Of a stretch of 64,000 nucleotides of DNA, positions 26,501-37,192 are shown in pieces. The stretch lies in contig NC_092349.1 of NCBI RefSeq assembly GCF_963676685.1, forward strand, positions 69,130,001 to 69,194,000, in the 5' to 3' direction. The stretch's first letter is position 1, and each line of letters starts with the position of its first letter. Position numbers and translations under genes: made by a program. The notes below the pieces were generated by a model that was given only the letters and a program-made list of their open reading frames with translations, made no database searches and had not been told where the DNA came from. This DNA comes from Mytilus edulis. Taxonomy: Eukaryota.

Positions 26501-27269
26501 TGAAACTGAAATAAGTCATAAAAGACAATATATTATCGTCATGTAATCGATACAAAAGAAAACAAAACGTTTAAAGTTGCATGCGACCGAATAATACTAT
26601 TTAGTTTACTGCGAGTTTTCACTGTGACTTCTAAATGTTGGGCACTAGGAACACCAAATAGCTTTGAATTATTTATCTCAAACGCTAACCTTATATAAGA
26701 GATTTAAATCAACTTATTTCATTCCGGTTTTAATAGGTTTAAATAATTATTTTTTTTTGATAGATACACAACCTTAAAATTTCTGGATACTGTTATCCCA
26801 TGTGATGACTAATATCATGAATATGTTTTAAGAAAAAGAAAACGACTTTTCTTTTCATTATTTATTTGTAATTAAAAATGATTTGATATATTTCGTGCTA
26901 TTTATTCATAACTCAGAATGATTGCTATCGGAGTCGTTTTTACATCAGTGTTTACAGGTACCCCTCTTTTCGTCCCTTTTCTATTTTTGAAATTTTAATC
27001 AAACATTTAAAAAATAAACTTTCAAAAAGTGAAATAATCAAAATTGCAAGTAAGGTTTAATATTTTAGAATTTTGATCAAATTCCTAAACTATCAAATTT
27101 ATAAATGACCTTTAGAATTTTAGTATTTTAATAATTTGGTTAAAATTTCAAAATTTTAAAACTTTTACACAATTTGAAATTTTGATATTTTAAAACTTTG
27201 ATAAAAATTCCAAAAATCTAAAATTTCAAAACTTTTTAAAACTTTGAATTGATAAGTGTTACACGGACC
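23539..27269. mobile_element. 3.7-kb DNA transposon with ~320-bp TIRs and 6-bp TSD (GATAAT); superfamily unassigned
   Basis: 23539-23858 is the reverse complement of 26951-27269 (termini GGTC(A/C)GTGTAACACTTATCAATTCAAAGT). GATAAT directly flanks both ends (23533-38, 27270-75). Confidence 0.9.
23904..24287 (-). mobile_element. tRNA-derived SINE, probably Deu/Nin-domain type, nested in the DNA transposon
   Basis: The minus strand starts gagagccgTGGTGTAGTGGttagtgc (A box) and contains GGTTCGATTCC (B box). The body ...cggaaggagacgataaa...gcacgttaaagacaccc...ttcgaaaaagagtagg resembles the Deu/Nin domain, and the tail is AT-rich. 13-bp TSD aacaatatgaatt at 23891-23903 and 24288-24300. Confidence 0.85.
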
Positions 27270-27456
27270 GATAATGCATATATGTTTATAACTATAAATT
27301 AACTGTTAACAAAACTTATAATTTTTGAAGAACTAAGTCTTTTCGACCTCAGGAATAGATTACCTTAGTTGTATTTGGCAAAACTTTTAGGAATTTGTGG
27401 TCCTCAATGCTCTTCAAGTTCGTACTTTATTTAGCCTTTTATAACATTTTTGATTC

Positions 27457-27500
27457 GAGCGTCACTGATGAGTCTTTTAAAGACGAAACGCGCGTCTGCC
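27457..27500 (+). ncRNA. Minimal type I hammerhead ribozyme in a retrozyme fragment (~27285-27540)
   Basis: gagcgtca-CTGATGA-gtc(ttttaaa)gac-GAAA-cgcgcg-TC-tgcc. Core intact, stem I weakened. Confidence 0.7.
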
Positions 27501-29194
27501 ATAAATATGAAATTTTGTTCTTGGTATCTATGATGAGTTTAATTGGTAGGTTTTTCTTGTCATAGAACACACAAAGGGGTGTCAGGATTGTTCAAATGAA
27601 AGTCTTTCTTTGGGCAATCCTTACACAACGAGGTGGGTTCTACGACAAGAAAAACCTTAAAATATGCATTATCTTACTTTTACGGCAAAATATATTTTGT
27701 TTTATAAAGATTTGCAAAATTTGCATCCTATTTAACCTACCACACTAAAGTGGGATAGTCCTTTCTAATGCGTTCAGGTTTTGATACGCCATACGGCGCA
27801 TTCAGAATGTGAAATAAAACTCACTAATTAATCTAGATATGAACCTTAGAAATTATTATCCATACACATGTCTGCTCTATGGTCGGGTTGTTGTCTCTTT
27901 GACACATTCCCCATTTCCATTCTCAATTTTACAATACAAATATTACTGTAACTGCATGAAGGAAGACACAAATGAATTTGCTACCATCCGATAACGATGT
28001 ATAAAAAATACAAGACGCTTTGTGAGTAGTTTATTGTACCAACTTAGTTTATGGAAAGAGGGTGTTATGTTGTTGGTTTTTTTTCTATATGCAATGACAT
28101 TTATATAACGAAAAGTGGTTTTTTCAACCATTTTAATTGAATTGAATGAAATATTAAGAATACTTTTGAATAGCAATATATATTTTTAACAGATAATCAG
28201 GATCTGACTCTATACATCCTCCCAACCCCCCATCCCCTGACCCCATTACGAGTTATGTGAATGTTATTCAATAGAATATAAGATTATGTCATTAGTTGTT
28301 CATTTGATAGAGTAAAAGGTATACATCAATAATAAAAAGTTTAAGAACTGACAAGAAGGGAGCACGAAATTTAATACAAGTGCATATAACATGAAAACGA
28401 ATATCAATACATGTAGGTCACAATATGAATTTTATTCAGTGTAAATCAATATCAAAATCTTACACACGAAAATGTTAAATCTGGATTTTTTTAAGCATAT
28501 GGAAAGGTTCACATTTAGAATTTATCTCACATATATGATAATGTCTCTGTATAATATTGTAGCGATACATTACCATAACTTCACATTATTTGTTTCTAAA
28601 ATTAAAAAGCGGGCAATGACGATTATTTTTACACCTATCAAAGATTGAACTTTAAAAAATATGTTTCCCAAAATCATATGACATGTCACTTTTGGTGTGA
28701 TACTGATATCTAAATATTATTCAAATGTTAAAAGTATCAAATAATATTTAACTGGTGTATCACGTTTTATGTAATAATCCTGTATAACACGGAAGCGGTT
28801 GATATTTTTGCTAATATCAATAAATTTACAAAGTAAAAGGTATGTTATCTATTACAATTATTAGTTAAACTAATGAATGAAAATACAAATAGATAAACTG
28901 TAATTGCTTAAACAATCCTTTTTCTCAAGTGTAAAACGAAAAGAAAAGAAGAAAAAAAAATAAAAACAATTTTGTTGCGTTCAAATTACTTTTTCTGAAT
29001 TTACCTTTCATTTTGTAATTAAGAAAGCTCAATTCCAAAAATTGAAAGCCAATAATGAGTTACTATAGACCAACTTAATGAACTATAAGATCAACACTCA
29101 CAAAAGGACCAGAATCAATGTAAGAACAAAATATGGTAAAGTTATTAGTGAATAAAAGTTAGTCAGTTGCAGATAATCTAATTATTGGAAGTTC

Positions 29195-30400
29195 TTTTTA
29201 GCTCACCTGGCCCGGAGGGGCAAAGTAAGCTTTTCTAATCGCTTGGCGTCCGTCGTCTGTCGTCCGTCGTTAACTTTTACAAAAATCTTCTCCTCTGAAA
29301 CTACTGAGCCAAATTTAACCAAACTTGGTCACAATCATCATTCGGGTATTTGGTTTAAAAATATGGTAAAAATAGAACAAAGGGGTAAAATCTAGATTTT
29401 GGCTCATAACTCTGAAATTAAAGCATTTAGAGCAAATCTCACTGGGTAATATTGCTAATCAGGTTAAGATCTATCTGCCCTGAAATTTTCAGATGAATCA
29501 GACAACCTGTTGTTAGGTTGCTGCCCTTGAATTGGTAATTAATTTTAAGGAAATTTTGCGTTTATAGTTATTATCCTGAATACTATAATAGATAGAAATA
29601 AACTGTAAACATCAATAATGTTCAGCAAAGTAAGATCTACAAATAAGTGAGCATGACCAAAATAGTCAGTTGACCCCTTAAGAAGTAATTGCCCTTTATA
29701 GTCAATTTTAACAATTTTTCATAAATATTTGTTATCTCTTACAAAAATCTCCTCCTCTGAATCTACTAAGACAAATCTAACCAAACTTGTTTACAATCAT
29801 TAAATAGGGTATCTAGTTTTAAAATTGTGTCAGATGACCCCCGCCTGCAAACTAAGATGTTTGACAAGGCTAAAACAGTACATATGGTAAAATGCCGTTT
29901 TTTGGTGATATCTCTGAAACCAAAGCATTTAGAGCAAATCTGACTTGTTCCTCAGGTGAAGATCTATCTATCCTGTATTTTCAGATTTTTTCATGGTAAT
30001 TTTAAGAAAATTTTGCAGCTTTTGGTTTTTATCTGGAATATTATTTTAGATAGAGATAAACCGTAAACCGCAATAATTCACAGAAAGTAATTCCTAAAAA
30101 TAATTCAACTGAACAAAAATGGTCAATTGACCCCTTAAAGAGTTATTGCCCTTTATAGTCAATTTTTAACAATTTTCATAAATTTGGTAAACTTTTACAA
30201 AATATTCTCACTGTAACTACTGGGTCAAGTTCATTATAAATAGAGATAATTGTAAGCAGCAAGACTGTTCAGTAAAGTAATATCTACAAATACATCACCA
30301 TCACCAAAAGACAGTTTTGTCATGAATCCATCTGTGTACTTCGTTTAATATGCCTATAGACCAAGGTGTGTGACGCATGCTCTTTAGAGCCTCTAGTTTT
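29195..30400 (+). mobile_element. Helentron-associated non-autonomous element (HINE/pearl-like) with an internal ~460-bp tandem repeat
   Basis: Starts with 5' ttttagctcacctgg sub-TIR, then a (cgtc)n-like microsatellite. Internal repeats restart at acaaaa(a)t(c/a)ttctc...gaaactact near 29279, 29741 and 30197. Ends with a degenerate sub-TIR aaggtgtgtga, a gctc-ttta-gagc hairpin and a T run. Confidence 0.8.
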
Positions 30401-30641
30401 GTCCTGCTTACACTTTGTGGAAGGCTTGATCAATAAACAATACCGTTAAATGTATCATTTGTAGTTTACACATATTTTAAACCAATTGTTTCACATCAGA
30501 AGATGTTTTACGTTCATTCATTCATTTCTTTATTTCCTTTATAAAGGGATTAAATGAGAAATTTTATGCAATAATATTATTTGTTTTTTTTTACAAATGT
30601 TTGTAAAATATGATAACACAATGTTATATTATCAGATTATT

Positions 30642-31379
30642 ACATGGCATTTTTCATATCGCATGTATTATCAGCCCTAGGTTCAATATCAGCCCAAGAG
30701 CCGCATGGCTCGAGGGCTGATATTGACCGAGGGCTGATAATACATGCGATATGAAAAATGACATGTTATGATCTTTTTATCATATGCTTCAACAATTGAG
30801 AAAAATAACAGTTTCATATATTGATCCTTTTACGTGGTTCCCAAATAGAAGTTCAAAGATTGAAAAGTTCACGGACGTCGGACCCAAATTTAGTACATTC
30901 GATATCAAATCTTTCTACCATATGCCTCAACAGAGGAGAAAACATTTTTAATATGGACGACTCGACAAACCAAAAAAAAAAAAAAAAAACCAACAATATA
31001 CATAATGAACACTGTTTGGAAAAGTCAACCTTTTCAAAGTAACTTTCTAAATTATGCATTTATTTAATAATTTGTTTGTTTGTTTGTTATTATTTACACA
31101 ATATACTTTTCAGTATCTAAATAATTGTTTTGTACACTATTTCGTAATGTTTTTCACTGAAAACGTAGCATTGAGGTGTATTTTCCGGAATTTGCCGAGT
31201 ATCACCGGAATACCATGTGATAACGTTACGGAAAGGCATGTGATAACAATCGAAGCATGTGATAAACTTTTCATATCAGCCCGCTAAGCACCAATTCGAA
31301 AAATATGGAATTTACGTTAATTTAATGCTATTATCATACAGTAAAAATCAAATGTTTTATAGTCTAAGTATATGATAAA
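30642..31379. mobile_element. Non-autonomous element: ~125-bp hairpin plus short IR pair
   Basis: Hairpin 30642-30766 (acatggcatttttcatatcgcatgtattatcagccct ... agggctgataatacatgcgatatgaaaaatgacatgt). tttatcatatgctt (30776-89) is inverted to aagtatatgataaa (31366-79). Confidence 0.7.
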
Positions 31380-32460
31380 TAACAATATTTACAATATTTA
31401 TATAATTATGTAATTATATCTTACAAAAGTGCATTTAAGAAAACGGCTCTCACTAAGCATAATACGTTAACGCAACGTCGTTTTCGTTCATCTGCTATCA
31501 GCAGATACACAATGTACACACCTTTACAAATATAGAATAGAAATTATGTTATAAAAATAAATGTTTAAGATTTCTTTGGATTTTTTTGCATGATTCAGAA
31601 CTTTCCAGAATTCTGGAACCCTAATCGATATTTGAATATTTGAAAATCGGCAAAAGTTATTGTCATTCAGTTTGTACTGTGTCTACGGTATTTTTCACTT
31701 AAAATTTATTTGGAAAAGCTCCCTCTCGCAAAAAAGTCTAGCATATGCACATGAAGGCGATATCTATACAAAATATCCATTATATTTAGAATGATATTAG
31801 CGTTCATTGTCAATAACATAAGAATAAAGGACACAAGAAATATATCTTTTATTGGTTATCAATATTACAAATATCTGTAATAAATACAACTTTTAAATCT
31901 CAATTTAACCTTCTCGTAAGATATAAAAAAAAGTCTGTTTGCCAAAACGGGAAACAATTTTCAAACAGAGTTGTTAAATATCCATAACAATGTACACGAA
32001 CAACATACGTTATTCCAATATATCATTATCAAATATTAGAAATAATTTAATTGTACTGTATCTGCGGTTGATTAATGAGTGATTTATGTATCGGTATACA
32101 TGATAAATTTGTAAAACTAAGGTTTCTTAACCATGACTTGAATTCTATTTCAATGTTTTGTTTGGTTCTATCGTCACTGATTAGTCTAAGACCTGGTAAC
32201 TTTGTTAGGGTTTTATATTTCTTAAGGTATACTTAATCAATTGAGAAATTGCAATCAATTACGGCTGGTTTACAATTGCAAAAACCCAAAACCTGTATAT
32301 CTATCGAATTATAGTAAAAGATCGTTGAGCAATGTTTTTTTATAGTGCAGTGACCTTGAATTTGGCATTTGGTAAACTTTGTTGGTTTATACCAGTCAGA
32401 CATGTCAGATTTGCATTATCAATAAAATCATATTTACTTTTATTATTTTCTTTGTAGATT

Positions 32461-32652
32461 ATGTCTCAATGCATTATATCTTTGATTTTACTAAGCTTTG
32501 TTGCATGCAATGTCTTTGTTGGAGCCTACCAATGTTACCATCATGGTCATGCAAATGGGTGTAGCATTGAAGTGAAGGGAAAAAGCTTGCCTTATTTCTA
32601 CAAGAGAAAATTTACACCATCCTGCAACAAGCATGATATTTGCTACTCATGT
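32461..32652 (+). CDS. Secreted conodipine-like phospholipase A2 (group IX / Phospholip_A2_3-like), first coding exon
   Basis: Acceptor ttttctttgtag| at 32457 and ATG at 32461. Encodes a hydrophobic signal peptide MSQCIISLILLSFVACNVFVGA, an NGCS motif, and catalytic F-x-P-x-C-x-x-H-D-x-C-Y-x-C (FTPSCNKHDICYSC). Phase-0 donor TGT|gtgagt at 32653. Confidence 0.9.
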
Positions 32653-32709
32653 GTGAGTATATTTGTAGTTCGTTGATGAAAATAAGATGATGTGGTATGA
32701 CTGCAAAAA

Positions 32710-33415
32710 AGTACCGAAAATCGTTGAAGAGCTCTATATCAAAAATACCTAAAATAAATAGCCAAATTCATCTAAAGCCAACTTTACCTGAGGGAGTTGA
32801 AACCTTAGTTTCGTAATAATTTCAAAATTTATAAAAGGACAATTTTAGTAAAGTTTGTTAAATCATGTCAGTACCAAAGCACTGACTACTGAGCTGATGA
32901 TACCCTCGGGGACTGATAGTCCACCAGCAGAGGTATCGACCCAGTGATGTTAAAAATGGAAAACAACACGTTTAGCAAGTTATTGCGTCCGAAGCGCTTT
33001 TCTGAATTTACCTTCATCAGAAACGCTCAAAGCCAAACATTTGAAATCCGAAGATGTATATGTACCGAAAATTGTTGAAGAGCTATATGTCAAAAATACC
33101 CAAAATAAATAGCCAAATTCATCTAGAGCCAACTTTGCCTGAGGGAGTTGAAACATCAGTTTCGTAATAATTTCAAAATTTATAAACGGACAATTTTTAG
33201 TAAAGTTTGTTAAATCATGTCGGTACCGAAGCACTGACTACTGAGCTGATGATACCCTCGGGGACTGATAGTCCACCAGCAGAGGCATCGACCCAGTGAT
33301 GTAAAAAATGTAAAACAACACGTTTAGTAATTGATTGCGTCTGAAGCGCGTTTCTGGATTTACCATAATCAGGAACGCTCAAAGCCAAACATTTGAAATC
33401 CGAAGATGTTCAAGT
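32710..33415 (-). mobile_element. Tandem retrozyme array (352-bp period), second hammerhead variant, antisense within the PLA2 intron
   Basis: Two near-identical units. The minus strand reads gcgtt(t/c)-CTGATGA-aggtaaatt/ccca-GAAA-agcgc-TTC-ggacgc at 32985-33027; the copy at 33337-33378 has the mutated core CTGATTA. The body is related to the 15.9-16.6 kb array (gtccccgagggtatca). Confidence 0.85.
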
Positions 33416-34204
33416 ACAAATGAGCCTACTTTTTTGGTACCAGAATTTAATTGACATGGATGTAAACATTTATACGTAACCATACGGCATTCAATAACAA
33501 CGTAAAAAAGTTGTACTGTATAGTCAGATAAAAAACGATTAAATATAAAAAAAAAATTTGAAGCAATTCGAAAGAGTAGATCAACGGCTTCACTTATATT
33601 AAAGTAATTTATGAAGAGAAAAAAACAAATATGACATGAAGTAACACTGAATTTCATACTTCTGATTTGTGACAGGTACATTAAAGAATGATACATGGTT
33701 AAACATGTCCGTGGACGCAAAATCTTCTCATTGCGTAGGATAGATGTAGCAATTAAAAAAGCCTTTAAAAAATCAGTTGCAACAGCTTTCACTGAATAGA
33801 TTAGTACAAAGTACAACTACAACGTACATAAAAAAAAAAAATAGGCATAAAACACTTATATTTCAGAACTCTTTGTTACATTCAGCTAGTTTAGAGTCCG
33901 TTAATACATAAACCATGGTCTCCAAGGTTAAAGTATAAAGCTTTGGCAATACAACAAATTATATCCATGGAGGAATTCTGAGCATTTTGTAATAAGTGTG
34001 TGTATACTAAAACGAATATCCTGTTCATTATTGTTCAACAGGATTTCCCAAAGTTCGATTGTTTTTTGTGTTTAAGATTTGGTAATTGTGTATCGTTGTA
34101 CTTTTTCTTGTTTGGTTTAGAGAAGGAGTTTGTTTTGTAACAAGTAATATGAAAGACGTTAGACGGGTAATATGTTTTCATGTTTGTAAAGGTATTTATA
34201 TTTA

Positions 34205-34539
34205 GGAGATAACTGTATTGTATTTGAAGCTCCGACGGCATCAATTGGGGATTTGATGGTCGCAAATTAAGTTTACTGGCGACGCGTTAGCGGAGACAGA
34301 AAACGGGTATTTGCGACCATCAAATCTCAAATTGATGCCGTCTGAGCTTAAAATACAATATTGTTATCTCCATTCTAATGAAACTGACAGAAAGCAACCT
34401 TAAAACATGCATTTAAAATCTGTCATATGCCGTCTGCGCTTGCGCGTACGTCCCATAGCATCAATTGTCAATTGATGCCATGTAAGAAAATGACGTTATC
34501 CAATCAAAATGAACGTTACAAACGTTGTTGCATTAGAAT
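34205..34539. mobile_element. Non-autonomous element: ~165-bp hairpin plus short IR pair, in the PLA2 intron
   Basis: Hairpin ggagataac...gacggcatcaatt..gatttgatggtcgcaaat / atttgcgaccatcaaatc..aattgatgccgtc...gttatctcc (34205-34371). attctaatgaaac (34372-84) is inverted to gttgcattagaat (34527-39). Confidence 0.75.
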
Positions 34540-34598
34540 TTGGAATGATACCAATTCTTATGTATGAATATATAAACATTGATTGTCTTCTTTTCTAG

Positions 34599-34799
34599 GC
34601 GAACACCTACCACCTCCATCGTTTATATTGTGATAGAAAGTTTTACTATAACATGATGAAGGCATGCAAAAACAATTACGTTTGTAAACTGTTTCCTCTC
34701 GACTATTACATAGCAGTAAGAGCATTCGGAAAAAGCCATTTTCCGGCCAAATCACCTAGTTGGTGTCGTAATTACTGGGTAAAATATTGTTTGTATTAG
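34599..34799 (+). CDS. Conodipine-like phospholipase A2, last coding exon (not in ORF track)
   Basis: Acceptor cttcttttctag| at 34598, phase 0. Encodes ANTYHLHRLYCDRKFYYNMMKACKNNYVCKLFPLDYYIAVRAFGKSHFPAKSPSWCRNYWVKYCLY*, containing the family motifs R-x-x-C-D-x-x-F-x-x-N-M-x-x-x-C and Y-Y-x-A-V-R-x-F-G. AATAAA follows at 34826 and 34834. Confidence 0.9.
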   Translation, partial: ANTYHLHRLYCDRKFYYNMMKACKNNYVCKLFPLDYYIAVRAFGKSHFPAKSPSWCRNYWVKYCLY

Positions 34800-35341
34800 A
34801 GAGGAGTAAAGTTATCTTTTAAGTTAATAAACAAATAAACATTAGAATTATCGTTTTGTTTTTAACCCAAACGACCTCCCTTATATTTACATCATAAGAT
34901 AATACGATGTCCCTTCTCAGACTGAAAAATCAAATAATCGAAATACTGGATTTGTTATTTAGAGCACAAACCTTGCACACATAGTATTAATTAACGTTTT
35001 ATGACCGAAAAACCTTGGATAGAGAAACTAATCGTCTCTATCCATATGTCTTCGTTGAATACATTAGGGAAACCTACATACGTCTAGCATGATAATGAAA
35101 CCATTGCATCAACTTACTCAACTTATTCAAGTGTGTAAGATGTATCAGGAAATTAAAAGATATTTGATTGTTTTCACTCAGATTTGATCATATAATATGT
35201 AGCATGTATGAAACAGATACGTATTAATATAAGAAACAATAAAAAATCTTAATGTAACAAAAACAGAAAAAGTTAACACCAGTGTAAAAAAAAATATCAT
35301 CAACACAAAACTTTATAAAAAACACTTGAAAACAAATAATA

Positions 35342-35654
35342 ATAATTTGATTTTGGATGTGACGCGTCTTCTGATTGGCTGACGTTACTTTGTTATCATT
35401 TGTTATTTTGTTATAGACATAATTTAGTCATGTGACCGTGACGTCATCAACGTTTTTTCAAGGTTTTCTACGGTTTAAAATGGAATTTAGAATTAAATTA
35501 TAAGAAATGACTGTAATATTTTTTCTGTCTATTCGAAATAACATAAAAAATGTGGTGCACACTGTTAAATAACCCGCTACGCGTGTTATTCAGTGTGCAC
35601 CAAATTATATGTTATTTCTTCATAGACAGAACAAAATATTAAAGTCATTCCTTA
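35342..35654. mobile_element. Non-autonomous element: short IR pair plus ~155-bp hairpin
   Basis: ataatttgatttt (35342) is inverted to agaattaaattat (35489-501). Hairpin taagaaatgactgtaatatt..ctgtctat..ggtgcacactg / cagtgtgcacc..atagacag..aatattaaagtcattcctta (35501-35654). Confidence 0.7.
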
Positions 35655-35750
35655 AAGAAATATTACAGTCATTCCTTAAAGAAATATTACAGTCATTCCT
35701 TAATGAAATATTATAGTCATTCCTTAAAGAAATATTACAGTCATTCCTTA
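35655..35750. repeat. 24-bp tandem repeat x4 derived from the hairpin terminus
   Basis: aagaaatattacagtcattcctta is repeated head-to-tail directly after the same sequence at the element end. Confidence 0.95.
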
Positions 35751-35794
35751 ATGAAAAAAAAAATTGAAAGATTGACTGATGCTACATACAGAGG

Positions 35795-36028
35795 AAAAAC
35801 TAAGAGTGCGGAACACTACCTCAGAAGAACAGTAAAAACTAAGAATGCGGAACACTACCTCAGAAGAACAGTAAAAACTAAGAGTGCGGAACACTACCTC
35901 AGAAGAACAGTAAAAACTAAGAGTGTGGAACACTACCTCAGAAGAACAATAAAAACTAAGAGTGCGGAACACTACCTCAGAAGAACAGTAAAAACTAAGA
36001 GTGCGGAACACTACCTCAGAAGAACAGT
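35795..36028. repeat. 39-bp minisatellite x6
   Basis: aaaaactaagagtgcggaacactacctcagaagaacagt x6 with a few single substitutions. Confidence 0.97.
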
Positions 36029-36469
36029 AAATACTTACAACGACAGCCCGAAAACAAAGTCTAAAGAGCCATGTGACATTTGGAAGTACCAACTAAAAGA
36101 GGGGAATTGTAAAAGTTGATAATTCAATTCCAGTTTAACTTTAAATGAGTACATGTACAGTGTGACATTTTCAGTTTAGTTTTACAGCAGCTTATTTCAT
36201 TATTGAAAAGAAAATATTCACCCCGGAAAAAATGTCTGTTTATTTTTTATACAACAAAAATCATTCTTTGTCGTATTTTAACACTCAATCGGTGTGTCCG
36301 TCTATCAATTGTCTGTCTGCCTGTCCGACAAGTTTTTTTTTGTAATACTTCAAACTTTTTTTTCTGAGTTGGAATAAAGTCATGAATACTATTCAGTAGA
36401 TGTCGTTCAGAGATGGTTTTGGTAGTTGGTCGACGGAAATTGGTAAAATATGCCAATGTTTTTAGGTCG

Positions 36470-36762
36470 TCATTGCTCCTCAAGTTTATACTTATTTGGA
36501 TTTGTTAAATATTTTGATCTGAGAGTCACGGATAATAGTTATCAAAGGTACCAATATATATTTATTACGCAATACGCGCATTTCGACTACTCAGTTTTAA
36601 ATAGTTATTAAGTCAAAGTACAAGGTGAAGAGCATTAAAGACCAAACATTTCAAAAAGTTGTAACAAATACAGCTAAGGTAAACTATGCCTTGGATGAGT
36701 CTTATGAAACGAAAAGCGCGTCTGGTGTATCAAATTATAAGCCTGGTACGTTTGATAACTAT
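36470..36762. mobile_element. Retrozyme fragment (+) whose hammerhead is split by an inverted retrozyme fragment (36534-36692)
   Basis: gagagtcacggat | aatagttatcaaaggtacc...aaactatgcctt | ggatgagtcttatgaaacgaaaagcgcgtctggtg. Confidence 0.7.
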
Positions 36763-37111
36763 TCGTTTATGGTCTATATTGCTTCAATTTAAAGGTTAGA
36801 TATTTAACTGATGGTTATATCAAAAGAAATTATCGATCAAAATTTAGTGTTATGAATGTTGGACGATTATTGATGGACGTTGTTGCTCTAAGAGTTCGAA
36901 AATTACAAGAGATACAAATTATTTGATTAATAGTTATTTCATAGAACTTTACACACCACATTTGTATGTCGATGCAATAGAGATTTCTGAAAAGTTTTGA
37001 CCCTAGGCAAATAAAAATTGCTCCAAAACATTGGTTTTCCGTGCTCATTATGTGATAATTGATTCAATCTAATGTCCGAGAAGAAAGGAGATGAACTCTT
37101 TTCTTATAAAA

Positions 37112-37192
37112 GTAAAAACGTTTATAGGAGGTACCACGACCTTGTTGATAAATATATCATATCAATTTCACAATTAATACACAATGGTCTTG
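37112..37192 (+). pseudogene. Penelope-like element RT C-terminal relic
   Basis: Translates KNVYRRYHDLVDKYIISISQLIHNGL, resembling the K-F-Y-x-R-H-H-D-L-V-x-x-Y-x-I-S-V-S-Q end of PLE RTs. Confidence 0.6.

Noticed and set aside
32653-32676. ORF-track C-terminus VSIFVVR* of the PLA2
   Set aside because: Read-through into the intron past the gtgagt donor; the true C-terminal half is at 34599-34799.
35703-36119. 138-aa repetitive ORF (and 114-aa antisense ORF) as a real gene
   Set aside because: Openness is explained by 24- and 39-bp tandem units. No signal peptide, splice context or recognisable domain.
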